In this document: positions 17,027 to 25,444 of the stretch, piece by piece | Position numbering within the stretch: position 1 is the stretch's first letter | Layout: the number at the start of each line of letters is the position of its first letter | Origin: a virus | Direction: 5' to 3' (one strand) | Virus record (IMG/VR): IMGVR_UViG_3300013286_000725 | Location: 32,001 to 96,000 of that record | Length of the DNA: 64,000 bases | The notes under the pieces: generated by a model | What the model was told of the DNA's origin: nothing | What the model saw: the letters and a program-made list of their open reading frames with translations, nothing else | The model's database searches: none | Position numbers and translations under genes: made by a program

Positions 17027-17259
17027 TGAAACTACATGAATCAGTTGCGCAATCGCGCTACAAAATGACAATCAAAGAGTCAGAAGGTTTTAGATTGCGG
17101 TTGGAAAAACACGAAGTGCTTAGTCCTAAAGGACTGTATAGTGTTGATCTTATCAACGAAATGTTAAAGGCAGACGGTACAATACAAGACTCTAGCACAT
17201 ATAACTTCTTTATGACTCGAGAAGAATTACAAACATTGGCTTACGGTTTAACAGCATGA
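17026..17259 (+). CDS. hypothetical protein
   Basis: AGGAG RBS and TAATG coupling. Confidence 0.75.
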   Translation: MKLHESVAQSRYKMTIKESEGFRLRLEKHEVLSPKGLYSVDLINEMLKADGTIQDSSTYNFFMTREELQTLAYGLTA

Positions 17260-17756
17260 AACAGATCTACTACTCTTGGTCACAAGTAGAAGGTGCCTGT
17301 TTAGATATTGCTAGACAAATGTCAATGCACAACTGGCAACCGGACTACATTGTAGGTATTGGGCGTGGTGGGCTAATACCAGCTAATTTATTGAGTCAGT
17401 ACACTGGCATCAAGATGAACAGTTTGGATGTCAGTCTTAGAGACGGAGGCGACACAGTTAGCAATTGCGGTATGGCTGAAGATGCATTTGAAGGTAAACG
17501 GATTCTTGTTGTAGATGACATCAACGATCAAGGATCCACAGTTAACTGGATCAAGAATGATTGGCAATCCCTTGCATTTTCCAATGACTCTAAATGGGAA
17601 ACAATTTGGGGAGATAGTGTTAGGTTTGCAGTACTAACACACAATCAATCGAGTGAGTTTAAAGACCCAGACTACTATGCGTGGACTGTGAACAAAGCTG
17701 AACAAGATTGTTGGCTAGTTTATCCTTGGGAAGAGTTTTGGAAAAATGACAACTGA
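17256..17756 (+). CDS. type I phosphoribosyltransferase (Gpt-like)
   Basis: IVGIGRGGLIPA, PRPP-binding LVVDDINDQGST, C-terminal WLVYPWE. Confidence 0.9.
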   Translation: MKQIYYSWSQVEGACLDIARQMSMHNWQPDYIVGIGRGGLIPANLLSQYTGIKMNSLDVSLRDGGDTVSNCGMAEDAFEGKRILVVDDINDQGSTVNWIKNDWQSLAFSNDSKWETIWGDSVRFAVLTHNQSSEFKDPDYYAWTVNKAEQDCWLVYPWEEFWKNDN

Positions 17757-18117
17757 TTTAGAAAAGGCATTAGATGAAAAACAAGCACCTTGGACAGAAA
17801 TTGAATACCGAACAAAAGAATTCTGGATCTTCAGAGATGCATATCCAGTTACCCAAGGGCATCTGTTATTTGTGCCTACCAATCTGCAAAGTAACAATCT
17901 CTGGGAGTGCTATAAAGCAGCCTACAAGTTTGGCTACGAAGGCGTTGCATCGGAAAAGTGGGATGCTTTTAACATCGGACAAAATGTTGGCGAGGCTGCT
18001 GGACAAACAGTGATATACCCCCATGTGCATATGATACCTCGAAGAAACGGTGATATGACCGATCCCAGCGGTGGTGTTAGACATGTTATTCCAGAGAAAG
18101 GAAACTACAAAAAATGA
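17746..18117 (+). CDS. HIT-family nucleotide hydrolase
   Basis: DAYPVTQGHLLFVP and AGQTVIYPHVHMIPR; first triad His replaced by Tyr. Confidence 0.88.
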   Translation: MTTDLEKALDEKQAPWTEIEYRTKEFWIFRDAYPVTQGHLLFVPTNLQSNNLWECYKAAYKFGYEGVASEKWDAFNIGQNVGEAAGQTVIYPHVHMIPRRNGDMTDPSGGVRHVIPEKGNYKK

Positions 18118-18290
18118 CATACGAAAATAGAGTTAAACATCTTGAAGAAGCTCATCATAGTCTTGATAAAAAGATCCGCGGAATAGAATCTACCGGAGTA
18201 TTTGATGACGAACAACTACACGAATTGAAAAAACAAAAATTGATACTTAAAGATCAAATTGAAGAATTGAAAAAGAAGCAACACGAATAA
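18114..18290 (+). CDS. YdcH/DUF465-like coiled-coil protein (58 aa, not in ORF track)
   Basis: Hand translation MTYENRVKHLEEAHHSLDKKI...LKKQKLILKDQI; ATGA overlap. Confidence 0.75.
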   Translation: MTYENRVKHLEEAHHSLDKKIRGIESTGVFDDEQLHELKKQKLILKDQIEELKKKQHE

Positions 18291-18305
18291 AATATTCAAT
18301 TGTGG

Positions 18306-18334
18306 TTGCAAAAATCTAAATAATACTGTATAAT
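18306..18334 (+). promoter_or_regulatory. sigma70 promoter for folE, with TAAATA in the spacer
   Basis: TTGCAA-N17-TATAAT; TAAATA at 18317-18322. Confidence 0.65.
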
Positions 18335-18374
18335 AACAAAAAGTCATCCACGACACTAACTCGGAGAACAACAA

Positions 18375-19199
18375 TTGACAAGAGAATTTACACCAGATCC
18401 AGTGTTCCATTCAGATACTGACAATAAATTTGTAGCAGACGAATACACGCCGTTAGGCAAAGAAGTCTATATTAAAGCAGGCGAAGATATGGGTGACAAA
18501 GGCTATCAAGAAGGGTATATGGGCGATAACATTCGCTTCAAGATGAAACGCGAAGGCAAGCGTTTTTGGGCTGGAGACAATATCAGCGAATATCTTAGCG
18601 GATTCGATAAAGAAATACTAATCAATGAAGCTGCACTGGCATTCGAAACAGTGTTAGATAGATTGCTGATTGACCGCGAAACAGATCCCAACAGCAAAGG
18701 TACAGCTCGCCGATTAGCCAAAATGTATTTCAACGAAGTAATGGCAGGAAGATATGAACCGGCACCAGATGCAACAGCGTTCCCAAATGATTCGGCAGAC
18801 CGATATGAAGGTATGCTGGTGGTTAGAAGCGAGCTACGAAGTATGTGCAGTCATCATCACCAACCTGTCACTGGTGTGGCTTATATTGGTATTATTGCTG
18901 CCGATAAACTTATTGGTTTATCTAAGTATACCCGTATCGCACAGTGGTGTGCAAGAAGAGGTACTCTCCAGGAGGAACTTTGTAATGACATTGCTAGGGA
19001 AATCCAAAAAGCAACTGGAGCAGAAAACTTAGGCGTATACATTCAAGCCACACATGGATGTTGTGAGAATCGTGGCATTATGGCACACTCTAGTTTGACA
19101 CAAACTACAGTGTTAAAAGGTGCGTTTAAAGACGACATGGGCACTAAGAAAGAGTTTATGGATAATATTAAAATGCAACAGGAGTTTGCCCCACGATGA
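18375..19199 (+). CDS. folE: GTP cyclohydrolase I with N-terminal extension
   Basis: SMCSHHHQP, IGLSKYTR, LQEEL and ATHGCCENRG motifs; TTG start with GGAG RBS. Confidence 0.95.
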   Translation: MTREFTPDPVFHSDTDNKFVADEYTPLGKEVYIKAGEDMGDKGYQEGYMGDNIRFKMKREGKRFWAGDNISEYLSGFDKEILINEAALAFETVLDRLLIDRETDPNSKGTARRLAKMYFNEVMAGRYEPAPDATAFPNDSADRYEGMLVVRSELRSMCSHHHQPVTGVAYIGIIAADKLIGLSKYTRIAQWCARRGTLQEELCNDIAREIQKATGAENLGVYIQATHGCCENRGIMAHSSLTQTTVLKGAFKDDMGTKKEFMDNIKMQQEFAPR

Positions 19200-19309
19200 G
19201 ATATATTACTAACAAATTTGACAGTATTCGTTTGCCGGTTGAGTCCGGTTTATTAGAATGGTTGCAGGCGCAATATCCTGCATCAAAATATTATATTAAG
19301 GAGAACTAA
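19196..19309 (+). CDS. small hypothetical protein (37 aa, not in ORF track)
   Basis: ATGA overlap with folE; MRYITNKFDSIRLPVESGLLEWLQAQYPASKYYIKEN fills the gap exactly. Confidence 0.6.
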   Translation: MRYITNKFDSIRLPVESGLLEWLQAQYPASKYYIKEN

Positions 19310-19310
19310 A

Positions 19311-20006
19311 ATGTTTGGCGCAAATTATATGAATAGCGGTATTTTAAGTTACCGTAGTGCTAGTGAGATTAATGAAGCAATGGGCCGTGTCTACGGTCAC
19401 ATGAGCCTAGCAGTTATTGTATCAATGTTAGTGAGTTATTTTGTGGGCACAAGTCCAGAGCTACTACAGTTCTTTTTTACAGGCGTTTTAAAGTGGATTG
19501 TGATTTTTGCTCCACTTGCGGCAATTTTTGGCATCAGCTATGTGCTAGGCAACGATCCGAGTAAACCAGTGGCCCGGTTATGCCTGCATGGTTTTGCGGC
19601 CTTGATGGGTTTGAGCTTTGCCACAATCTTTGCCATATTCACCATGGGGTCAATTGTGTCAGCATTTATGGGTGCGGCTATCTTGTTTGCGGTAATGAGT
19701 GGCTATGGCTACTTTACCAAACAGAGTCTTGACAGCCTTGGCAAGTTTATGTTTGTTGGTTTAATTGCAATTGTTATTGCCAGTATCGCTAATATTTTTA
19801 TCGGCTCAACTGTAATGCAAATGGTTATCAGTGCATTAGCGATTATCATCTTCCTAGGTCTAACGGCATACGATACACAAAAGATCCGCGAAGAACTTAG
19901 CGTAGGAACAAGCCCTGCGGTAGAAGTTCGGGGTGCATTAACTCTATATATGGACTTTATCAACTTGTTTATCAACTTATTACAACTGTTCGGAGATAGA
20001 AAATAA
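19311..20006 (+). CDS. Bax inhibitor-1 / YccA family membrane protein
   Basis: About 7 TM helices; GLTAYDTQKI and ALTLYMDFINLF signatures. Confidence 0.92.
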   Translation: MFGANYMNSGILSYRSASEINEAMGRVYGHMSLAVIVSMLVSYFVGTSPELLQFFFTGVLKWIVIFAPLAAIFGISYVLGNDPSKPVARLCLHGFAALMGLSFATIFAIFTMGSIVSAFMGAAILFAVMSGYGYFTKQSLDSLGKFMFVGLIAIVIASIANIFIGSTVMQMVISALAIIIFLGLTAYDTQKIREELSVGTSPAVEVRGALTLYMDFINLFINLLQLFGDRK

Positions 20007-20008
20007 TC

Positions 20009-20227
20009 ATGACCACTGCCAAAGAGATGACTGATAATTTGATTTACCGTGCAAAGAACATACAAGAGTTTGTGGTCAACCGATCGATGCCAGATATCCC
20101 AACAGGGCTAGTCAAATTCAGTTTTCAACACACAGCTGGTGAAAAGTATGCTCGTATTTTTGTTCCAGCATTGACTCAAGAAGAGGCGGAATCAATGGTT
20201 GACCAATGGTTCCGGGAGAATGTATAA
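20009..20227 (+). CDS. hypothetical protein
   Basis: Intact ORF in operon. Confidence 0.7.
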   Translation: MTTAKEMTDNLIYRAKNIQEFVVNRSMPDIPTGLVKFSFQHTAGEKYARIFVPALTQEEAESMVDQWFRENV

Positions 20228-20228
20228 T

Positions 20229-20519
20229 ATGAAATGGTTTAAAAAACTAGTTGCCGGTTGGGCAAGAGAAGGTAGAAATTATGAAGAAGATTGCGTACAG
20301 TCTAACAGATTGATCAGTACTGCTGAATGTGCCTCAATCAATGATGACCCTGTACTAAACTTTAAAGTCTACTCAGCAGTGGGTGGCAAGGTTGTAGAGT
20401 TTAAACGCTATGATCGCAAAAGTGATCGAAGCGATTCGACTACCTACATTATTACTAATGATCAAGACTTCGGTGATCGAATTGCTAAGATTGCAACAAT
20501 GGAACAAATTAAATTATGA
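20229..20519 (+). CDS. hypothetical protein
   Basis: Start placed at ATG 20229 after GGAG; ATGA coupling to queE. Confidence 0.7.
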   Translation: MKWFKKLVAGWAREGRNYEEDCVQSNRLISTAECASINDDPVLNFKVYSAVGGKVVEFKRYDRKSDRSDSTTYIITNDQDFGDRIAKIATMEQIKL

Positions 20520-21382
20520 GTAAGATTAAGATAGCAGAATTATTTTATAGTATACAAGGCGAAGGACGCTACATGGGAGTGCCCAGTGTGTTCCTTAGAA
20601 CTTTCGGCTGTAATTTCCGCTGTGCAGGTTTCGGCATGAGTCGAGGCATGTTTAGCGAGGAAGCTGATGAGATTGCCAGTGTTGCTCATATGTTTGAAAA
20701 ATACGAAAACTTGCCACTAGTCAGCACAGGCTGTGACAGCTATGCCAGCTGGCATCCCAGTTTTAAAGAACTAAGTCCAATGCTCACTAGTGACGCTATT
20801 GCAGATCGTATCTGCGAAATTATTCCACACAACGAATGGCGTGATGAACATCTTGTTATTACAGGTGGCGAACCCTTGTTGGGTTGGCAACGGGCATATC
20901 CAGACTTGTTGAGTCATCCTAAAATGCAAGGTCTTAAAGAAATTACATTTGAAACTAACGGTACTCAAAAACTAACTTCAGAGTTTAAAACATATCTGGC
21001 AAATTGGATTGACGGAGATGCTAATGGGCATTTACGAAATGGCAACAGTCTCACATTCAGTGTAAGTGCCAAACTTCCAGCAAGTGGAGAAAAGTGGGAG
21101 GATGCTATTTGTCCGGAAATTGTTTGTGAATATGAACAAGTTGGTACAGCATATTTAAAGTTTGTTGTAGCAACAGAGCAGGACATTGCTGATGCCGAAT
21201 GTGCAGCAGGCGCTTATCGTGCGGCAGGATTTACTGGACACATTTATCTAATGCCAGTAGGCGGTGTGGAAAGTGTTTATACCTTAAATGCAAAGAATGT
21301 AGCTCTAGCGGCAATGAAGCGTGGCTGGAGATATAGTGATAGACTACAAGTGCCACTATTTAAAAATGAGTGGGGTACTTGA
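20516..21382 (+). CDS. queE: 7-carboxy-7-deazaguanine synthase (radical SAM)
   Basis: ELFYSIQGEG, FLRTFGCNFRC...GCDS, VITGGEP, FETNGT, SVSAKL, LKFVV. Confidence 0.92.
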   Translation: MSKIKIAELFYSIQGEGRYMGVPSVFLRTFGCNFRCAGFGMSRGMFSEEADEIASVAHMFEKYENLPLVSTGCDSYASWHPSFKELSPMLTSDAIADRICEIIPHNEWRDEHLVITGGEPLLGWQRAYPDLLSHPKMQGLKEITFETNGTQKLTSEFKTYLANWIDGDANGHLRNGNSLTFSVSAKLPASGEKWEDAICPEIVCEYEQVGTAYLKFVVATEQDIADAECAAGAYRAAGFTGHIYLMPVGGVESVYTLNAKNVALAAMKRGWRYSDRLQVPLFKNEWGT

Positions 21383-21792
21383 TGAAACAAATAATTAAAA
21401 AACTATTTGGCATTGACAAAATTGAAAAAGAAAAAGAACAAGTCATTGCCAGATTAGAAGAAGCCAAACAGGCAGAAACAACTGCCAAAATGACTCCAAA
21501 GGAACTGGCCACCGCCAAAGGTGAGCCGTGGGTAGCAGTTCTTGATACGCATGTTAACAAAGAGAATGTTAGAAATGGCTTTTTTGAACTTGACTGGAAT
21601 GACCTATTTGTAGTACAATTGAAGCAAGCAGGATATGGATTTGATGGTGATCCAGACGAAGAGATTGTGGATCGTTGGTTCAGAGACCTCGCCCGTAATA
21701 TGCTTACCGAAGAAGGGCTTGATCCTACTAGACGAGGAGCAGGTTTTATTAATGTAATTCCAATTGACAAAAACAAAAGCGAAGTTTCATGA
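21382..21792 (+). CDS. hypothetical protein
   Basis: TGATG coupling to queE. Confidence 0.75.
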   Translation: MKQIIKKLFGIDKIEKEKEQVIARLEEAKQAETTAKMTPKELATAKGEPWVAVLDTHVNKENVRNGFFELDWNDLFVVQLKQAGYGFDGDPDEEIVDRWFRDLARNMLTEEGLDPTRRGAGFINVIPIDKNKSEVS

Positions 21793-22775
21793 CATATATT
21801 TTAGTTGATACTGCTAATACATTTTTTCGTGCTCGACATGTTATTCGCGGTGACGCGGATATTAAATTAGGCATGGCCTTGCATATTACCTTTAACAGTA
21901 TCAAGAAAGCATGGCAAGACTTTGATGGTCGCCATGTGGTGTTTTGTCTCGAGGGGCGTAGCTGGCGTAAGGATTTCTATGCTCCGTACAAACGCAATCG
22001 ACAAGAAACTCGTGCGGCTATGAGTGCCAAAGAACAAGAAGAAGACAAATTGTTTTGGGAAACATTTGATAAATTTAAAGAGTTTATCTCTGATAAATCT
22101 AACTGCACAGTACTACAAAATCCTCGACTAGAAGCAGATGATTTGATTGCTGGCTTTGTTCAAAGTCATCCCGATGACGATCATGTGATTATTTCGACAG
22201 ACGGAGATTTTGCACAATTGATTGCTCCAAATGTTCGACAGTACAACGGTGTAGCAGATACTACACTTACACACGAAGGCTTGTTTGACAAGAAAGGCAA
22301 AAGTGTAATTGACAAGAAAACTAAAGAGCCAGTTAAAGCACAAGACCCAGAATGGATGCTGTTCGAAAAATGTATGCGTGGCGATACCAGTGACAATGTG
22401 TTCTCGGCCTATCCAGGTGTGCGTACCAAAGGTACAAAAAACAAAGTTGGTCTTACCGAAGCGTTTGAGGATCGTAAGAGCAAAGGCTATGCGTGGAACA
22501 ATCTCATGCTGCAGAGATGGGTTGATCACAATAAAGTAGAACACCGCGTTATGGACGACTATGCTCGAAATATCACACTGTGTGATTTGACTGCACAACC
22601 TGCTGATATTAGAGAAATAATTAACACTACTATTGCTACAGAATTAGCAAAAGAAAAGAATGTCACTCAAGTTGGCATTAGACTGTTGAAATTTTGTCAA
22701 CTTTACGATATGAAAAAGATCATGGATACTATCCAATTGTATGCAGAACCATTCCAAGCGAGATACCATAAATGA
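21789..22775 (+). CDS. rnh: RNase H / 5'-3' exonuclease (T4 rnh-like, FEN fold)
   Basis: ILVD, WRKDFYAPYKRNR, EADDLIA, ISTDGDFAQL, GDTSDNV. Confidence 0.92.
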   Translation: MTYILVDTANTFFRARHVIRGDADIKLGMALHITFNSIKKAWQDFDGRHVVFCLEGRSWRKDFYAPYKRNRQETRAAMSAKEQEEDKLFWETFDKFKEFISDKSNCTVLQNPRLEADDLIAGFVQSHPDDDHVIISTDGDFAQLIAPNVRQYNGVADTTLTHEGLFDKKGKSVIDKKTKEPVKAQDPEWMLFEKCMRGDTSDNVFSAYPGVRTKGTKNKVGLTEAFEDRKSKGYAWNNLMLQRWVDHNKVEHRVMDDYARNITLCDLTAQPADIREIINTTIATELAKEKNVTQVGIRLLKFCQLYDMKKIMDTIQLYAEPFQARYHK

Positions 22776-23248
22776 ATTTAAAAGCTAAACCCATTGTCGA
22801 CGGCAAATTCTGGATCGTTGAAAACGACGGAGAAAGAGTTGCCACGCTACATAAAAAAGAAAACAACAAGTTTATGTTAAGCAGTAAAGAAGGCGAAGCA
22901 TATTTTAACAAAAAAGATGACTTGGTTAAACAATTTGGTATTGACTTTTTCCAAGTCAGTTCAAAAACCAAAGTATCAGATATTGAAGATCGTGATGTCT
23001 ACGGCTTCCCTACCAGTTGTAAACCCTACAATCCCTTGTACAATGTACAGAGAAAACTTCCCCTGTTTACCAAAAGCAATGCCAGTAAAAGTCTCTATTG
23101 CGCTGGATACTATACTGTTAAATTTGACAAGGGTTGGGTCAAAAGTTTCTGTCCTAAACTGATCACTGTTGAGAGATATCCATATAAAGGCCCTTTTAAA
23201 AGCGACCTAGAAATGAAACAGGTGTTGTCTAATGCAAAATCCAATTAA
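22772..23248 (+). CDS. hypothetical protein
   Basis: Overlapping operon ORF. Confidence 0.75.
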   Translation: MNLKAKPIVDGKFWIVENDGERVATLHKKENNKFMLSSKEGEAYFNKKDDLVKQFGIDFFQVSSKTKVSDIEDRDVYGFPTSCKPYNPLYNVQRKLPLFTKSNASKSLYCAGYYTVKFDKGWVKSFCPKLITVERYPYKGPFKSDLEMKQVLSNAKSN

Positions 23249-23474
23249 TACTGTACCCATTCAGCAGTTTATACAGCAGGTAAAGGCCGCTGATCTAAGT
23301 CAACAACGAGAAATTAAACTGGACATTAAAACTGCCAAACTGCTGGCACTTACTCTAGGCGAAATTTCAGCAAAACTGTTGGAAGATTACGATATCATAC
23401 TGCGCAAATTAGAACAAAATGCAGGCGGAACTGTGTCTGTGCAAATGGACGGTGGTGGGTTTTTGAACAATTAA
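23232..23474 (+). CDS. hypothetical protein
   Basis: Operon ORF ending in MDGGGF motif. Confidence 0.72.
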   Translation: MQNPINTVPIQQFIQQVKAADLSQQREIKLDIKTAKLLALTLGEISAKLLEDYDIILRKLEQNAGGTVSVQMDGGGFLNN

Positions 23475-23477
23475 GTG

Positions 23478-23509
23478 ATAAATATATGCGTAGTTAACAG
23501 GACGCATAT
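23478..23509 (+). promoter_or_regulatory. late promoter plus RBS-occluding hairpin
   Basis: ATAAATA at 23478-84; stem ATATGCGT/ACGCATAT with AGGA at the loop/stem junction. Confidence 0.65.
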
Positions 23510-23510
23510 C

Positions 23511-23795
23511 ATGTCAAGACCAAAACCAAAAGTTTTATTAGAGCATATTAATAAAAAAACCTATAAGAGCGAGCAGATACTCGAGGCTGAAGCTATTTGG
23601 GCAGTGTTCTATAAAAATTTGCCTTTCAACTTGAAAAGTGCAAACAGTCTTACCAGCTACCCGGGTCCTAAATACAAGAAAACTAGTTTTTCAAATCCAG
23701 GACATGCGATCAACCTAGCTAAAAAGTTAAACACAATGTTCAATTGTGCAGACTTCCAGGTGGTCACATTGACTTCCGGTGCAGTATTGAAATGA
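23511..23795 (+). CDS. basic hypothetical protein
   Basis: Start placed at ATG 23511 (MSRPKPKVLL) after AGGA. Confidence 0.78.
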   Translation: MSRPKPKVLLEHINKKTYKSEQILEAEAIWAVFYKNLPFNLKSANSLTSYPGPKYKKTSFSNPGHAINLAKKLNTMFNCADFQVVTLTSGAVLK

Positions 23796-24190
23796 TTTCA
23801 AAAGAAACATACACTAAAATATTTCTTGAACAAAAACAAAGAAGTACAGACAGTGCCAATGTAAAATTACATCTATTCAAATGGTGGCAAAGCCACAGAT
23901 CAAAGGACAGTGGTGGTCTACGCCTTAGTGACGAAGGCTACACTTATTTGGTAAATGATTTGGAACTTAAAGAATACGAAATCCCATTTACCGAGCCAAT
24001 TGATCTAAGTCCTCAAACAATCATCTTTTTTGATCGCACAATGGACAGTCCATATTATTTGACTAACCAAAGTATTACCGTATTTTCGGAGAAAAAGCAT
24101 TTTGAGCTTTGCTTGTTTTCGGACGATATCCGTAGATACGGACTGGTCAAAGCAATAAACAAACAAAACAACGAAGCTCAAACGGACTAA
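23792..24190 (+). CDS. hypothetical protein
   Basis: ATGA overlap at 23792. Confidence 0.75.
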   Translation: MISKETYTKIFLEQKQRSTDSANVKLHLFKWWQSHRSKDSGGLRLSDEGYTYLVNDLELKEYEIPFTEPIDLSPQTIIFFDRTMDSPYYLTNQSITVFSEKKHFELCLFSDDIRRYGLVKAINKQNNEAQTD

Positions 24191-24206
24191 AAAAGTTAAA
24201 AACCTG

Positions 24207-24235
24207 TTGACGAGGTAGCTGTTAGGCAGTATAAT
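24207..24235 (+). promoter_or_regulatory. sigma70 promoter
   Basis: TTGACG-N17-TATAAT. Confidence 0.82.
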
Positions 24236-24282
24236 AGAACATAGACAGTTAATTCTTAACGCTTTTTTAACCAGGAGTAAAT

Positions 24283-25374
24283 ATGAGCGAGATCGTAAGT
24301 CGTACAGTAGGTCCCAAAAGTGCCAAAAAATCACTTCGCCGGGCGTTTAAAGCTAATCGTCCAGTGTTCCTTTGGGGCCCTCCTGGAATTGGCAAGTCTG
24401 ATATTGTTAAGCAAATGGGTGTAGAGCTTGATGCTCATGTGATTGATATCCGTTTGAGCTTGTGGGAGCCCACCGATATCAAAGGTATTCCCTACTTTGA
24501 CAGCAATGTCAAAGCAATGGTTTGGGCTCCTCCTATTGAGTTGCCAGATGCTGCATTGGCCGCTAAACACAAAAAAATCATCCTGTTTATGGATGAAATG
24601 AACAGTGCGGCTCCTAGTGTGCAGGCCGCGGCTTATCAGTTGGTCTTGAATCGTCGTGTTGGTACTTACAAGTTGCCGGACAATGTGCTGATTGTTGCCG
24701 CAGGTAACCGTGAAACTGACAAGGGTGTAACTTATCGTATGCCTGCTCCGTTGGCAAACCGCTTTGTTCACTTGGAAATGACAGTTGATTGGGAAGACTA
24801 CTTTGGTTGGGCTACTGACAACAAGATCCACAAGGATGTTGTAGGCTTTTTGACCTTCAGTAAAAAGGACTTATACGACTTTGATCCTAAGAGCTCAAGC
24901 CGTGCGTTTGCTACTCCACGCTCTTGGACCTTTGTTAGCGAACTCCTGTTTGATGACGATGAGGATACTGATACATTGACCGATTTGGTGTCGGGTGCGG
25001 TAGGTGAAGGTCTTGCTGTTAAGTTCATGGCACACCGTAAGATTGCCAGCAAGTTGCCGGATCCTACAGACATTTTGAATGGCAAAGTTAAGAAAATGGA
25101 CACTAAAGAAATCAGTGCCATGTACTCGCTGACTGTGTCATTGTGCTACGAATTGAAGGACTCCTCTGAAAAGAAGGCTAAAAATTGGAATGATCAAGTT
25201 AACAACTTCTTCCAATTCATGATGGACAATTTTGATACAGAATTGGTTGTTATGGGCACTAAACTTGCTCTTACCCAATATCAATTGCCATTGGATCCAG
25301 ACGAAATCAAATGTTTTGATGACTTCCATGCCAAATATGGTAAGTATATTGCGGCGGCAACAGAAAAGCGTTAA
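24283..25374 (+). CDS. MoxR-like AAA+ ATPase
   Basis: Walker A GPPGIGKS, Walker B LFMDE, AAGN sensor, LANRF arginine finger. Confidence 0.92.
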   Translation: MSEIVSRTVGPKSAKKSLRRAFKANRPVFLWGPPGIGKSDIVKQMGVELDAHVIDIRLSLWEPTDIKGIPYFDSNVKAMVWAPPIELPDAALAAKHKKIILFMDEMNSAAPSVQAAAYQLVLNRRVGTYKLPDNVLIVAAGNRETDKGVTYRMPAPLANRFVHLEMTVDWEDYFGWATDNKIHKDVVGFLTFSKKDLYDFDPKSSSRAFATPRSWTFVSELLFDDDEDTDTLTDLVSGAVGEGLAVKFMAHRKIASKLPDPTDILNGKVKKMDTKEISAMYSLTVSLCYELKDSSEKKAKNWNDQVNNFFQFMMDNFDTELVVMGTKLALTQYQLPLDPDEIKCFDDFHAKYGKYIAAATEKR

Positions 25375-25389
25375 GCTAACCAAAACCAA

Positions 25390-25418
25390 TTGACACCTCC
25401 TTCGGGAGGTGTTATAAT
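25390..25418 (+). promoter_or_regulatory. sigma70 promoter whose spacer is a UUCG hairpin
   Basis: TTGACA-N17-TATAAT; ACACCTCC-TTCG-GGAGGTGT at 25393-25412. Confidence 0.85.
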
Positions 25419-25444
25419 ATATACTATAGCAAAAAGGAGCAATC

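Noticed and set aside
18340-18374. Possible THF-II or preQ1 riboswitch upstream of folE (GTC-ATCCAC-GAC mini-hairpin)
   Set aside because: Only a 3-bp stem in a leader of about 35 nt, with no match to consensus features I can recognise.
20199-20228. TTGACC-N18-TATAAT promoter-like sequence
   Set aside because: The -10 abuts the next ATG, so transcription would start inside the gene; the spacer is suboptimal.
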